Positions 39,391-53,714 of a stretch of DNA of 64,000 nucleotides are shown here, one piece after another; the stretch's first letter is position 1; every line of letters begins with the position of its first letter. The DNA comes from Tubiluchus corallicola (lineage: Eukaryota; Animalia; Priapulida), in NCBI GenBank assembly GCA_030141605.1, contig JAQGDQ010002382.1, positions 1 to 64,000 of the forward strand, in the 5' to 3' direction. The position numbers were made by a program, and so were the translations under genes. A model generated the notes under the pieces. It saw only the letters and a list, made by a program, of their open reading frames with translations. It did not search any database and was not told where the DNA came from.

Positions 39391-42300
39391 TTCTTTAAGT
39401 GCGCAACACTAATCAAACGAAACGAACCATAATCTTTCTGTCGAAATGGATAATTCATCGATGCTAGGAAGTTAATTCCTACAGCAAAACACTTTCTAGT
39501 TTAGTTTTATTTGTATTTCTAAGATTACATCATTCCACTCAGACATTTCTTGCGCGTGATTTTGCAAGCATTTTCTATTCTATGCATCGAGCAGCCTCGC
39601 TACGTAAGTGCTTATTGTAATGACCCTTACGTTAATAAACACTTCTTTCTATAGCATTTGTCTAATTATGCCAAATAAACTTACAAGAGTCGAAGTGTTT
39701 AGGAGCGGAATTATACAGGAAATGAAAAGCAAGAAAGCTAGCGGGTGACGGGTGGCGGGTGGCGACAATGAACAGCAGAAAGATTCGCCAGTGAAGCATT
39801 TGCAACAAAACCAGAGTTATGAAGCAGATGAAGCTAGTGAAATGGATGTACACGAAGAAAGAAGTTAAAGTTTCAAGGATTTCCTGACGAATAGCTGAGG
39901 GAAAATCTAAACAAGAAGAGCTGAAATCACAGAAATTTGATTGCTCCTGTAATAGGGTTATAAAGTCAGTTTCAAATTTAGTCAACACAATACAAGCTGT
40001 AGATAGGTAATTGACCACACTTAATTAGTTCACTATCACACATGCATAAGTCTAACACACAGGTACCATTATACTTTATTATAATATCATACAAGAAAAA
40101 TTCAAATTTGCTGATGCTGTGTGAACCGGGGTGGAAGGGGTTGACCGTTGTTCAAATTCCGTCAACACAGCACAAACTGTAGATCTATCACACATGCATA
40201 AGCCTAACGCACAGGTAGCATTATACTTTACTATAATATTATACAAGAAAAATTCAATTTTGCGGGTGCTGTGTGGACCGTGGAAGGGGTTGACCGTTGA
40301 AGAGGGGGCGCTAAAACTAATTTTCCCTAAGGCCTACTAAGGAAAATTGTGTTAGCCATGACCCCTTAGATCTGAATAAAAAGACGATACTTCAATTTGA
40401 TATTACTGTACACCACATGGTTTATGTATGTATTTTAAATTTCTCTCATGCAATTAGCTTAGGTCTTAAGTACGTAATTGCGTTAATGTTTCGAACAGAC
40501 ATCAAAAATAATTCACTAAGAGTTTAAATATACCTGTTTTATAAATTAATAAATAAATACTGCTGTACTAGTCCAAGTGATTTTTGCCTCTGTAATTTAA
40601 AATTAAACGTGATATGCACACTCAGACTACCTAGAGCCCACCCTGCTCGTTAAATTATAGAAGCCATTGAAAAGATTCACACTTGTGAAACTACTAGCTG
40701 TTCGCGTCTGTAGTGTAATGTAACTACAAAAACTTATAAATTAAGTATCTTAGCGCATTATATCGTTGTATGTAAAAATGTCCTACCGAAGAGAGACACT
40801 GCCAGTTCAAGCATTTTTCGTTCTTTGATTTGATACAGTGAGTTATCATTGATAGACGGTGCTATACTTAATTTCTCTAAGGAAAAAGCCAGAAAGGCAC
40901 TTAGTATATATGCTAAACAGTCCGTTCATCGCTTATGTTTTCCTTTATTGCTATTTTGATGATTGCTGTTCATTGCTAGTTTTGCTGCTAGCTAAAATAC
41001 TCGTGTTTATCTAACTGTCTTTCATGTTTGGCATCAAAATTTCATCAATTGTTGGTTTTTTCCATCCTTAAAGGAAGACAGGGTGATTTTTTTATATACC
41101 AGCCCATTTCAAGTCCGATAAAAGGGATACATTTTAACACAATTAATACCGCAAAAGTAGTTCTCATAATTAAATAATAGATTAAAAATTTAATTAACGG
41201 CGGGCTAGCCCACCTATTGATGACATCACCAATTAACATAATTTTCAAAGGCAAAAATACTCCACTAGCTTGTTTGAACTGTTTGAAAAGTACAGTGGTA
41301 TTCAGTGTGTTGTATCAAAGCAAGGCAAGTTTTAATATAAAAATTCAAATTTCAGAATAAGTGCTGTGCTCACGCATGAGCTGTCGAATGTTTGTAGTTC
41401 GTCGCAAACTAACGCATCTGAACAGAGAGGCACAGCACCTGTTTTTTGTGCATTGCGTTTCTGAAATGCAGGCGCTAGTGCCCGTCTAGCTAACGAATGG
41501 CGAAATGCATGTAACAGCGAAGAACTAGTGGCGCGAACGTGAAATTGTATTTCTGGGGTATTAATTATTTCACGTAAGTCATTTTTGAAAAAAAGAGTAT
41601 GTTTCCTTTCAATATTTTAAAGAGTAGATTGTTTTGACCTACAGTTTAAGATTAGGCCTGGTTTTACTTTAATAATAATAATCTTGATTCTAGTTACTCA
41701 ATTAAGTCATTAATTTTCCACAGAAATTTCAGGATCAAAATTGATGTTAATTGTTAGATTCACTCCAGTGTAAGAGGTCTAACAGTGGAAATGCTGAAAT
41801 TAGTTTACCAAACAAAAAGAATGAACTTTGGGCTGCTTTAATCATTGGAAATAGGGAAATAGGGAGACAAAATCCAGGCTGTATCCCATCTATTTTCAAA
41901 TTTCCTGTCTCTGGGCTTTAGTATCAAAATTTAATTTACTGTATCTTTGTTCCATCATTCATGTTCTGTCATTGTTTTAATTTTGTCGGAAAAATTTATT
42001 TGACCCAACATCTTGGTCTGTGGATAGTTTTTTCCTAGAAACGGAGAAGGGTTTTTATGGGATATGAAAAAGGGTGGTTATATTTTCACTGTTTGTGACG
42101 TTTTTCTGCCTAGACCCGAAGTCTCATTTTCATTTTCTTTTCGGGACTGTGCAGTGATTGTAAAATGCTTAGCAAGAAAAACATTTTTACGTTTTAATTT
42201 GGTTTTCCCACAAAAATAAATCTGTGTATACGAGTTACGTGCCTATTCCGACAGAACTATAACTACAATGTATTACCGGTTTATTTCCTAAACGCTATTT

Positions 42301-42494
42301 CGCCAACTTAAACATCGAAATTTTAAGTTTCGAAGTTTTACAAACGACGAGTAAAATCATCAGCAATACAAGTGCACTAATTCTCAGATTATTTTCCCAC
42401 TAAACTGTGAATTTTACTCTTGTTGTTGGAGTGTGTCCCATTCTTTTGTGCTTGCTAAACTATTTTGGGATAAATTGCGCTAAGCATTCTTTCA

Positions 42495-42757
42495 TGTAAG
42501 TCATTTTTGAAAAAAAATAGTATGTGTCCTTTTAATATTTTAAAGAGTAGATTGTTTTGACCTACAGTTTAAGATTGGGTCCGGTTTTACTTTATATAGT
42601 ATGTTTCCTTTCAATATTTTAAAGAGTAGATTGTTTTGACCTACAGTTTAAGATTGGGTCCGGTTTTACTTTATATAGTATGTTTCCTTTCAATATTTTA
42701 ACGAGTAGATTGTTTTGACCTACAGTTTAAGATTGGGTCCGGTTTTTACTTTATATT
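42495..42757. repeat. ~79-bp tandem repeat x3 (further copy at ~41575-41670)
   Basis: agtatgtttcctttcaatattttaaagagtagattgttttgacctacagtttaagattgggtccggttttacttta repeated. Confidence 0.85.
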
Positions 42758-42885
42758 ATACTTTATATATTTTACTTTAATTTATAACACGGAATTATAT
42801 AGAATAATTTTTGCTTGCATTACAATTTTTTTCTACTAATGATTGATAACTAACGATCATGAAAATACTCGATTATTTTTGCAGT

Positions 42886-44064
42886 ATGCAGGGGATAGGT
42901 GTTTGCCTGGTATTGGTATTACTGGCAGGACTATCATCTACTGAAACTCAGCCAGGTAAGTATTAATTTGGTTTCACATTTTAAATACAGTTTGACGTCG
43001 GTTAGTTAAATTATTTCGCCATTATTAGGTGTAAGACATTAAGAAAATGAACATATCTGTATCTCTATAAGTTCAGCAGTTGTTTCACTGATTGTTTGAT
43101 TGGTTTTTTTCAACATGAAATTTTGACAGCAAATGTCTGGAGAATCTTAATTAACGCTGGCGCAATTTTTGGCAAATTCTTTTTTTCATTTACGGTTTGT
43201 GTGGGATTTTGATAAAAGTAAATCAAATGTTATTGATATGAACCTTTGTTTCCGTGCCTGTGCCGTTAATGAAACACCATTGTTTAGTAGCCAAATTAGC
43301 GATGTTACTATGTTTTAAATGTGTTAATCAGAATTTAACAATCCATTGCGATTCCTTCCATCTACGATTAACAGCTATCTGTTGGTGAGCATAAACCGCA
43401 ATCGTTTGTTAAATTCTTTGTTTTCACACTACAATCAAAGACTAATTATCCAAAACACCATATTATGGTTAGGTAATTAGTAATTACAGTAAACAGTTAA
43501 GTGTAAGTAAACTAACAGTTCCCTTGGTTGGTGACCTAATATTATGCAATAATGAACGCTAATCCTAAAGAATTTTAAGATACTTTTCTTTCAACTCTTT
43601 TTTTTCATAACTAAACATACATGTTTATCCACTTTTGCTAGCTTCAAGCGGAAAATTAATTTTTTTTCTTCCTTTGACTCTAGGTCCTCATAATATTAAT
43701 TTTAAATACGTAAAGGTTAAATTATTATTAAAAGATAGGCACGTGTGTCTCTTCTTTCCCATTATTGAACATTATTTTATTATAAACTAACACATTCGTA
43801 TAACGTTCAATTTTCATTCGTCTTAAATGCAAAATCTGATAATTTTTTATTATCTGATACATGCGCATTAACTAATTAATTATATTAGTAACAATTCTGA
43901 GAGGGTGGCTGACCTCGATGACTTATAGTTCTTTCGCCACCCTTTCACCACTAATCAATAATTACTTTTGCACTTTGTAATGTTGTATTATTGTATGTTG
44001 TATAGATTTATAAATCTGTTAGTTATGTATTTTGCTATTTTAAAAATGGTGATAAACTAATAAA

Positions 44065-44110
<46 letters not shown>

Positions 44111-47100
44111 TACTCATGGGATTGAATTAAGAACGCCCGCGTTCACACGTGTCTGTGTTGTCTAGTCATTGGTTTGAATTCCAAAGGTTTCTGGTTCAAA
44201 TATATTGTGTTCACTTTACCAATAACTGATAATCTCGAATTTAAACTTATAACTAATTAGCTAATTATTTTATTTAATTACTTTCCAGAAGTTCCAAGTC
44301 ATCTTCATGACTACGATTCCTACGTGCGGTTCTGCTTTTACCCGGGGGAGGCAGCTCGACGTCCCGCGCCAGCCACGTTCTTACCAGAAGACATCGACCC
44401 CTCAACTTGCACGCACATCGTGTTTGGATACGCCACAATATTGGATAATGAGCTGACGGCCAAGTCAGAGTCAGATTTAGGTAAGTTGCTTGTTGCAAAG
44501 TGCTTTTGCCAATATGGTGTTATTGTTTACCATCCAAAGAAATTTCTGTGCTCATTGCGATGATGATGATGATTATGGCGACGACGACAACGATGATGAT
44601 TCAGCTTTAAGTAGAACAGACAAACAAAGCTGCAATGAGATTTTTTATTGCCCACGATAAATTACGAATTACAACTACATAACAGAGATTAGTCACACAG
44701 GGCAACTACACGTAGCATTTTTTAATTTTTTTATATGACTGTCTTTCGTATCGAACACGCAACCTCCTGTACGGAGCTCGGACGTTTTACCTATCAGGCT
44801 ACGCAGCCACTGTATTTGCCTAAGTGTTTGAAGAGAGACAGTACGACGTGACTATTAAACGAATACACAACATTGTCGTTCTGGCTATTGAGATTGCAAG
44901 CTGAGGTAAAAAGGTATCGAGGTTTAGGGACTGAAGTCGTGGACACTGGGTAGTGGGTTTTGAGTTTAAACAGGTACTGTGGGTAGAAATACCAAAAAAC
45001 GTCAGGTCTATTTTATACACTCCCGAAATACTTTTCAGATTGCACGCAAAGTGTTAAAATTACTTGAAGATCACCAGTCGAATATTCATTCACGAAAAAA
45101 GGTTTATAAATAGAAGTAAATAAGTATAATCATTTTACTAGTTTTACAATCTGTTCACAAACCTACTAAATTGACAATATGATAAAAATCATGGTTTTTT
45201 GGTTCTTTTCTTAGAGAAGCGGTACGAAATCTCGACTTCACACTTAATCGCATTTAGATATAGATCTAGTAACTAATTTAATCTACAGCCAAAGGGAAGA
45301 AATAAAATGAGGTCTGCAACATCTTGATGGCTCTGCTTGTTAAATGGTTTCAGCTTATCGTAGCCCCGAATGCACCACTCATATTTTACGCCTAGCACAC
45401 GAACGCAGCGCACCCTGTGCTTAACTCCCCAGCCTGTGGTATCATTGATGACTTTCTTTTCTGGCTAATTATCACATTGGACACAATTCAATTCAATTCA
45501 ATAATTTTTTATTTGGCTGATTTGCAACACAAAACATTAAACTATATACGTAATGATAGCAACAATGCGATAACAAAAACAGGTATGGTTTGAAAATTCT
45601 ACAGAGTAGGATCGTGAACTTTCCAGACTCACCCCGAGACATGTCTTCTGTTCCTGAAATGGTAACTCGCGTAATTTCGTAACTTTGAAGCTCGTAGCTC
45701 TAATTTTAAATGCTTTTACTCACTTTCTGCATATAGTATTTTTTAGCACTTCTAGTTTTAGTCTAGGTAAATTTTAATTGTATGTTTTTGTGGCTTTTAT
45801 GCTGAAATAAATAGTACAATGAATGGATCAATCATAAATCAATCATTCTGACATGCTCTTCTCCTCACTTCTTAGCTTAACAAACCCAAATGAGGTTCAG
45901 TTTTAGTTATTTCAATGGCAAATAAAAAAAATTGATTTAATTTTGCTTTAATTTTGTTGCGTTTTTCCAACTTTTTTGTTAAATGATAAAGCACATAAAA
46001 ATTGACGATATAAAACACATTGAAAAATCCCTGGTAAAGACCTACTTAACAATAACCAAGGTACACGGTGCAAGAAAGCAACAAACTGAACAAAGACCTG
46101 ATCAAGTAAAAGTGCATTCAAAGCTGTGGTACAAGGAAAAAACCTAATGAAGCAATGAGTATTGAAGTAACTTTCCACAAATTTTATATTTTGTCAGAAT
46201 TTCAAGAGGCCATTTATGCACTTTAACCCATGTCACAAAAATGATGTGTCGCATTCATTGTTAAACCAAATTTTGAGCTAAACGTTTTTTAAAACATCGT
46301 TATTGCATTGTTTAAGACGCTGGTTGGGCTTTAAATTGCTATTTGCAGTAATACCTAACTAAAAAATCCGTTTGCACTAACTGTTTCTGTCGAAGCATTT
46401 AATAAAATTCTTTTTTAGAATTGTTTCAGAGAATCCTGGCCCTAAAAAACCAAAATCCAGATCTGAAGGTACTGCTAGCAGTAGGCGGTTGGGCAGAAGG
46501 TTCACAGCGTTTCAGCAATATGGCGTGGTCTCTCAACTCACGTCTTACCTTTGTTAATTCTGTACTTCATTTCCTGAGACAATATGGTTTCGATGGACTA
46601 AATGTCGACTGGGAGTTTCCGGGCTACGAACGAAGAGGTGGACATCCTTCAGATAGAGACAATTTACCACTGCTCTTAGAGGTATTGATATAAAAATATT
46701 AGTAGTATTTGACAGGCTATAACACTCTAACTGCTTTGCTCTTGAAATTCATCTTTTCAAGCATTTTAAAGCAGGTTGTTAGTTCTGCTAGTTGACCGTC
46801 GGTTCTTCGTGTCTATATGGTGTAGTTTTGGCTTGAACAAATTAATGCAAAGTGAGGACTCTTCTTACCCAATATCTCTGTGTCAATTTTAAATTTATGT
46901 ACAATTGTGTGTTTAATTTTTAGGAGCTTCACAAGATCTTTACGATGGAAGCCAAGTTTTCCGGCAACAATCAACTAATCTTGGCCACCACGATACCGGG
47001 CGCTAAATACTGGATAGATTTGGGTTACGACATCCCGAAAATCTCTTCGTGCGTTTATAAATACGTTTCTTATTTTTGATGAAAATAATTGGTACTAATA

Positions 47101-50100
47101 ACGCTATTTAAAAGTTGAATTATCAGTGAATGATAAATTATTATGTAGAAGATAACCGCCCTGCAGGTCAAGTGACTAACCTCAAAATTGTCCTTGAAAT
47201 CTATCATCTACTACCATTAATCCTTGCAAAGCGCCTTGTGTAAAAAACATCTCTGGTTATTTGTGCTCAAAGAGAAAAAGCTTCTCATAATATTCTTGAT
47301 TTCTAAATGCAGGTTTAGTGATTATTTACCAATGATGACTTATCACCTTAATGGAATATGGAACAAACACGCTGGTCATGGAAGTCCTTTGCATCCTCAC
47401 TCCTACGATGTGGACAAAACTGCGAATATTGTAAGTGAAGAGGTCGCCTTTGAAATATCTTTGTTTTTAGTAATTTCAGTTAAGTGTAAGACAACTTGGA
47501 AAATCACACACAAGCAAGGGCAGCATTTTTGTGTCATGTGTGTGAAAGGGATAAATTATTGGAAAATCACGGAAGCACTTTTGAGACTAATAGCTATGAA
47601 GATGCGGTATGATCGTTTTCCTTAGATAACCTAGTAATCTTCCATGCCATATAGTGTTCCTTGGTTTTTAGGGTACTTGGATAACCTAATAATCTTCCAT
47701 GCCATGTAGTGTTCCTTAGTTTTTAGTGTACTTGGATAACCTAATAATCTTCCATGCCATGTAGTGTTCCTTAGTTTTTAGTGTACTTAGATAATCTAAT
47801 AATCTTCCATGCCATATAATGTTCCTTAGTTTTTAGTGTACTTAGATAACCTAATAATCTTCCATGCCATGTAGTGTTCCTTAGTTTTTAGGGTACTTAA
47901 ATAACCTAGTAATCTTTCATGTCATATAGCGTTCCTTAGTTTTTAGTGTACTTAGATAATCTAATAATCTTCCATGCCATGTAATGTTCCTTAGTTTTTA
48001 GTGTACTTAGATAATCTAATAATCTTCCATGCCATGTAATGTTCCTTAGTTTTTAGCGTACTTAGATAATCTAATAATCTTCCATGCCATATAATGTTCT
48101 TTAGTTTTTAGTGTACTTAGATAATCTAATAATCTTCCATGCCATGTAGTGTTCCTTAGTTTTTAGTGTACTTAGATAATCTATTAATCTTCCATGCCAT
48201 GTAGTGTTGCTTAGTTTTTAGTGTACTTAGATAATCTAATAATCTTCCATGCCATGTAGTGTTCCTTAGTTTTTAGTGTATTTAGATAATCTAATAATCT
48301 TCCATGCCATATAACGTTCCTTAGTTTTTAGTGTACTTAGACAATCTAATAATCTTCCATGCCATATAGCGTTCCTTAGTTTTTAGTGTACTTAGATAAT
48401 TTAATAATCTTCCATGCCATATAGCGTTCCTTAGTTTTTAGTGTACTTAGATAACCTAAATCCTATTATCGTTGCTTTTTTTTAAGGAATTCATCGTCCA
48501 ATATTGGATAAACCATGGAACGGATCCAAAGAAATTGCTGCTGGGAATTCCTCTTTTTGGACAGACTTACACTCTCCAAGACCCATCTGACCACATGTTA
48601 AATGCACCTATTGTAGGAAGTGGCAAGGCTGGACACATGTATCAACAGGAAGGAATGATGCCGTACTACGAGGTTTGTGCCCACAAAACTTTGCTTGAGC
48701 TTATTCTTATTAAGATTTTCGGCTTCTTGTGGATTGGTAAACACCAATCTTATTACTGCTTAAGTGATAGATTTAGCCAACTGAACAACTGATAATGCTT
48801 CTTGCGAATATTTTTTGAATGACTTACAGATCTACGTCTTCACTCATAATAAATGAATAAATTACGACAAAATTTGCAGATTATAAAGATTCGCAAATCT
48901 GTTTCGGAAAATTCACAAACATTTTAATGGTACCAATGTGCGGCATTTGTCACATTTGCAAATAAATAAAAATTGTGGTTTATTTCTATTAATTTTAATG
49001 ACTTGCATTACTTAAATCTTTTGTAGGTGTGTTCTGAAGTGATGCCAAGCTATGAAAGCTTTTGGGTTGAAGATCAGCTTGTTCCATTTGCTTACAAAAA
49101 TGACCAATGGATTGGCTACGAGGATTCAAGGAGTATTAGTGAAAAGGTAACAATCCTTTGCAGTATATTTGGACAAGTTCTAGAACTTCCATCACCAAAC
49201 TTTCACTAATTTTTTTGTACGTATTGTTGACCACAGTTAGCATTCAACTGGTTACTGATCACCAACTTTTGTAATTTTTGCAACGCATTTGCATGTTATC
49301 AACGGGCCTCATTTTTCCCTGACTGACAATAGGGTTCGTCTAACTAGTTTTTGTTTGTAGGTCAAGTATGTGATCGACAATCACCTTGGAGGCGTTATGG
49401 TCTGGGCATTAGGTTTTGATGATTTTAAAGGTCATTGTAATCATGGAAGGAATCCTCTGTTGACCACAATAAAAACAGAATTGCTGGAAGTGACACAGGT
49501 GACCTATGTAATCCACACAAAATCTTCAAATGTTTTACAGCAGTTGCCGCACAAGTATGAAACGGGTGCAGTAGAACCACATTATGCAACATCACATCAC
49601 GGTGAGACGTACAGGCGTCATACTGTGCAACATCGGCGACACTACGTACAACATGTATCCCATCAGCAAGAAGGACAACACCCTGTTCATGGATATGATG
49701 AGCACCATGCCTACCATGGGCACAGTCGCAGTCGCAGAGTGGAGTCATCATATTCACGGCACGGGAATTATCACGATGCGTATCCTCATCAAACACAAGG
49801 AAGTTACATACCATATCAAGAACACGAAATGATTCCCCACGAAACGTACAATTACGAAACATATCCACACAGAGATGCATATGAAGTCTACCCTAGCAAC
49901 AGCTATCCTTATGACGCTCACAATTATGTAATATATCTGCCGGAGCAGTATGACGTGCACCCTCATCAAACACATGAGAATTACGGTGCATATTCAGCAC
50001 ATGGACAGTATGATGATTTCGAAGTACATCCTCGTGAAAGTTCTGAAATATATCCAGTAAACGAGCCGCATGCGTACCCTTATGAAAAAAGCAATTATTA

Positions 50101-52513
50101 CGATACTTACCCTGGGTCTGAACTCTATGAAGTTCATCCTTATGAAAGTTATGGTTATGAAACACACCCTGATGAACTGTATGCTGAACATGGACATTAT
50201 GAAGGGCATCCTCGTGAAACATACCCTGAACATGGACATTATGAAGGGCATCCTCGTGAAACATATCCTGAACATGGACATTATGAAGGGCATCCTCGTG
50301 AAACATACCCTGAACATGGACATTATGAAGTGCATCCTCGTGAAACATACCCTGAACATGGACATTATGAAGTGCATCCTCGTGAAACATACCCTGAACA
50401 TGGACATTATGAAGTGCATCCTCATGAAACATACCCTGAACATGGACATTATGAAGTGCATCCTCGTGAAACATACCCTGAACATGGACACTATGAAGTG
50501 CATCCTCATGAAACATACCCTGAACATGGACATTATGAAGTGCATCCTCGTGAAACATACCCTGAACATGGACATTATGAAGTGCTTCCTCATGAAACAT
50601 ACCCTGAACATGGACACTATGAAGTGCTTCCTCATGAAACATACCCTGAACATGGACACTATGAAGTGCATCCTCATGAAACATACCCTGAACATGGACA
50701 CTATGAAGTGCATCCTCGTGAAACATACCCTGAACATGGACATTATGAAGTGCATCCTCGTGAAACATACCCTGAACATGGACATTATGAAGTGCATCCT
50801 CATGAAACATACCCTGAACATGGACATTATGAAGTGCATCCTCATGAAACATACCCTGAACATGGACATTATGAAGTGCTTCCTCATGAAACATACCCTG
50901 AACATGGACACTATGAAGTGCATCCTCATGAAGCGTACCCTGAACATGGACACTATGAAGTGCTTCCTCATGAAACATACCCTGAACATGGACACTATGA
51001 AGTGCATCCTCATGAAACATACCCTGAACATGGACACTATGAAGTGCATCCTCGTGAAACATACCCTGAACATGGACATTATGAAGTGCATCCTCGTGAA
51101 ACATACCCTGAACATGGACATTATGAAGTGCATCCTCATGAAACATACCCTGAACATGGACATTATGAAGTGCATCCTCATGAAACATACCCTGAACATG
51201 GACATTATGAAGTGCTTCCTCATGAAACATACCCTGAACATGGACACTATGAAGTGCATCCTCATGAAACATACCCTGAACATGGACATTATGAAGTGCT
51301 TCCTCATGAAACATACCCTGAACATGGACACTATGAAGTGCATCCTCATGAAACATACCCTGAACATGGACACTATGAAGTGCATCCTCATGAAACGTAC
51401 CCTGAACATGGACACTATGAAGTTCATCCTAATGAATTATATCCTCATGAAGAGTATCCTGAACATGGACACTATGAAGTGCATCCTCATGAAACGTATC
51501 CTGAACATGGACACTATGAAGTGCATCCTCATGAAGAGTATCCTGAACATGGACACTATGAAGTGCATCCTCATGAAACGTATCCTGAACATGGACACTA
51601 TGAAGTGCATCCTCATGAAACGTACCCTGAACATGGACACTATGAAGTGCATCCTCATGAAACGTATCCTGAATATGGACACTATGAAGTGCATCCTCAT
51701 GAAACGTACCCTGAATATGGACACTATGAAGTGCATCCTCATGAAACGTACCCTGAACATGGACACTATGAAGTGCATCCTCATGAAACGTACCCTGAAC
51801 ATGGACACTATGAAGTGCATCCTCATGAAACGTACCCTGAACATGGACACTATGAAGTGCATCCTCATGAAACGTACCCTGAACATGGACACTATGAAGT
51901 GCATCCTCATGAAACATACCCTGAACATGGACACGATGCATATGAAAGCTATCCAGGCCACTATGATACGTATCCATCACATGTTTCCACAGTTGGTATT
52001 CCATTTCCACACCATACAGCTTATTCTTATGAAGGGTATCCTACAAATCAATCCTATGAACAATATCCACGTAATACTTACAACGATTATGAATTACCTG
52101 GTACTGTTGGACACGAGACATATCCCAGTAATACTCATGGGGGCGAAAGCCTTGGCCCAGTAGTTGCCCAGGAAGAGCAGAGGCCATATAATCCAGAATT
52201 GGAGGAAACAAAACTTTCGGATTCCGGTTCATCTGCTTCTGGAAGAAACGGCGCTGTGGGAATGGCTACAGAAAGTACGCAATGTGAGGTGAAAGGACCA
52301 GGTCCCTCTTGCTCCGGACATTCGCACATGGTAATGGCAAATCCAATAAACTGTCGCAAGTACTATCTATGTCTGTGGCAGAACACACCCAATGAAATGC
52401 GTGTTCCAATGAACTGCCCGGAGGGAACAGTCTTTCATCCATTCAAATACATGTGTGATGATAAGGAAAATGTTGATACATCCGTAATATGTAAATGTGG
52501 AGAAGAGTCGTGA
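42886..52513 (+). CDS. Secreted GH18 chitinase-family protein with long His/Tyr/Glu/Pro-rich repeat linker and C-terminal CBM14 chitin-binding domain (~1408 aa)
   Basis: Eight phase-compatible exons: 42886-42955 (signal peptide MQGIGVCLVLVLLAGLSST), 44289-44480 (FLPEDIDPSTCTHIVFGYA), 46419-46681 (KVLLAVGGW, FDGLNVDWEFP), 46924-47048, 47313-47430 (MMTYH), 48487-48672 (KLLLGIPLFG), 49027-49146 (WIGYED), 49361-52513 (LGGVMVWALGFDDF, repeats, CBM14 C...NPINCRKYYLC...CPEGTVFHP...CD...C). Confidence 0.93.
44738..44808 (-). repeat. tRNA-derived SINE head or tRNA pseudogene
   Basis: Minus strand ggctgcgTAGCCTGATAGGtaaaacg...gtGTTCGATAC shows A-box and B-box-like motifs; no intact cloverleaf. Confidence 0.3.
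47625..48458. repeat. 55-bp minisatellite, ~15 copies, in a chitinase intron
   Basis: Unit ataatctaataatcttccatgccatgtagtgttccttagtttttagtgtacttag. Confidence 0.95.
50186..51935 (+). repeat. Coding 42-bp tandem repeat (14-aa unit EHGHYEVHPHETYP), ~41 copies
   Basis: Unit gaacatggacactatgaagtgcatcctcatgaaacataccct, in frame inside the last chitinase exon. Confidence 0.95.
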
Positions 52514-53714
52514 TATGTAGCAGTAGACTAATTTGTTTTTGTGTGCCAGTCCTTGCTGTTTACCTGTGACCATGTTTAATCCCTTTTCAAAAGTGGGAGG
52601 AATAGTGTCCTAGTAATGCTTAGCAGTATCTTTTTATTACCTAGATCATTGGAAATAAATGTAATTGACTAAAGCAGCAACCGAATTGCAACAGCGGAAA
52701 ACTGATAATTTCATTTCTGCCTTTTTGAACATCATCGATCAGGTTTTATTACTTGAGGTAATATTTTTTTTAAAAGGAAACACTTGTTTTGTAGCTGAGC
52801 AGAACTTCCTTAGCCTTTCGTTTAAGACTTTGGTGCTCGGTACTCTTGCTGCTTATGCCCAAAACAACTAGACCTGCTACTGCCGGCAAAAGTATATTTT
52901 TTCCAAAGTTACTAGTAGAAGCTTTAGTGTAGTTCTATAGCTTTATTTACAGTATGTTTTAGTGATAGTATTTATGTTGCTAGTAGTTGATTTAGGCCAA
53001 AGCTACAGAGCTATAATCTGGTTTTTTTCCTTCATTAGCTGGTTCTGTTTCGATTACTTTATTCCTCAAACTGATTTTAAAAACAAGTGATTTTCTCAAC
53101 ATTATTATCTGTATATTCGTGCCAAAATTTGGGCATCGTTAACTTATTGATTATAATGATTTCAGTTTATAATTCCTAATACAATTTAAATTACGCGTAA
53201 GTTCAAAATTTAAATAAAAAGAATTTTTGTGCATGAAATTAATGTTATGTTGTTATAGCAACGTTCACTTTGTTGTTGATGTTTTGTCGTTTATTGTTAA
53301 GACAGAATGCATCTTTTGCATACCGTTGTTGTTATCCTTGTTAATAGTATTGTTATTATTTTTGCATAAAATTGATTTTGAATTATGCACATTCTAAAGC
53401 GAGCAAAATGACATTAAGATTGGAGTACACTGTAAAAATGAATAAAAATTATGCCCAATAGCGTAATTTTTGTAATTCAGTTTTATTAATAAAGCTATAA
53501 TGCAAAATCGTTGAGTATTATGATAATTTTTATTATTTGTACAAAAACTACATGTTGTTATCGCAATTGTGACATTTTAAGGCCGTTTTTATATATTTGT
53601 AATAAATCTATATACAAAACTAATTCTAAGGACTTAATCCAACAGTAAAATTTAACATTGCAATTTTTTGATAACCGGAAGTAAGTAATGCTTCATGCAT
53701 GCCCTGAATTTAAC

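Noticed and set aside
38733-39458. 241-aa ORF (MLLLKLCYYTYT)n and similar ORFs in the 25-, 77- and 17-bp arrays and microsatellites
   Set aside because: Translations of tandem repeats with no splice or domain context.
49893-52163. Long alternative-frame and antisense ORFs (697, 487, 477 aa) over the His-rich repeat
   Set aside because: Shadows of a stop-free 42-bp repeat; only the 49361 frame connects GH18 to CBM14.
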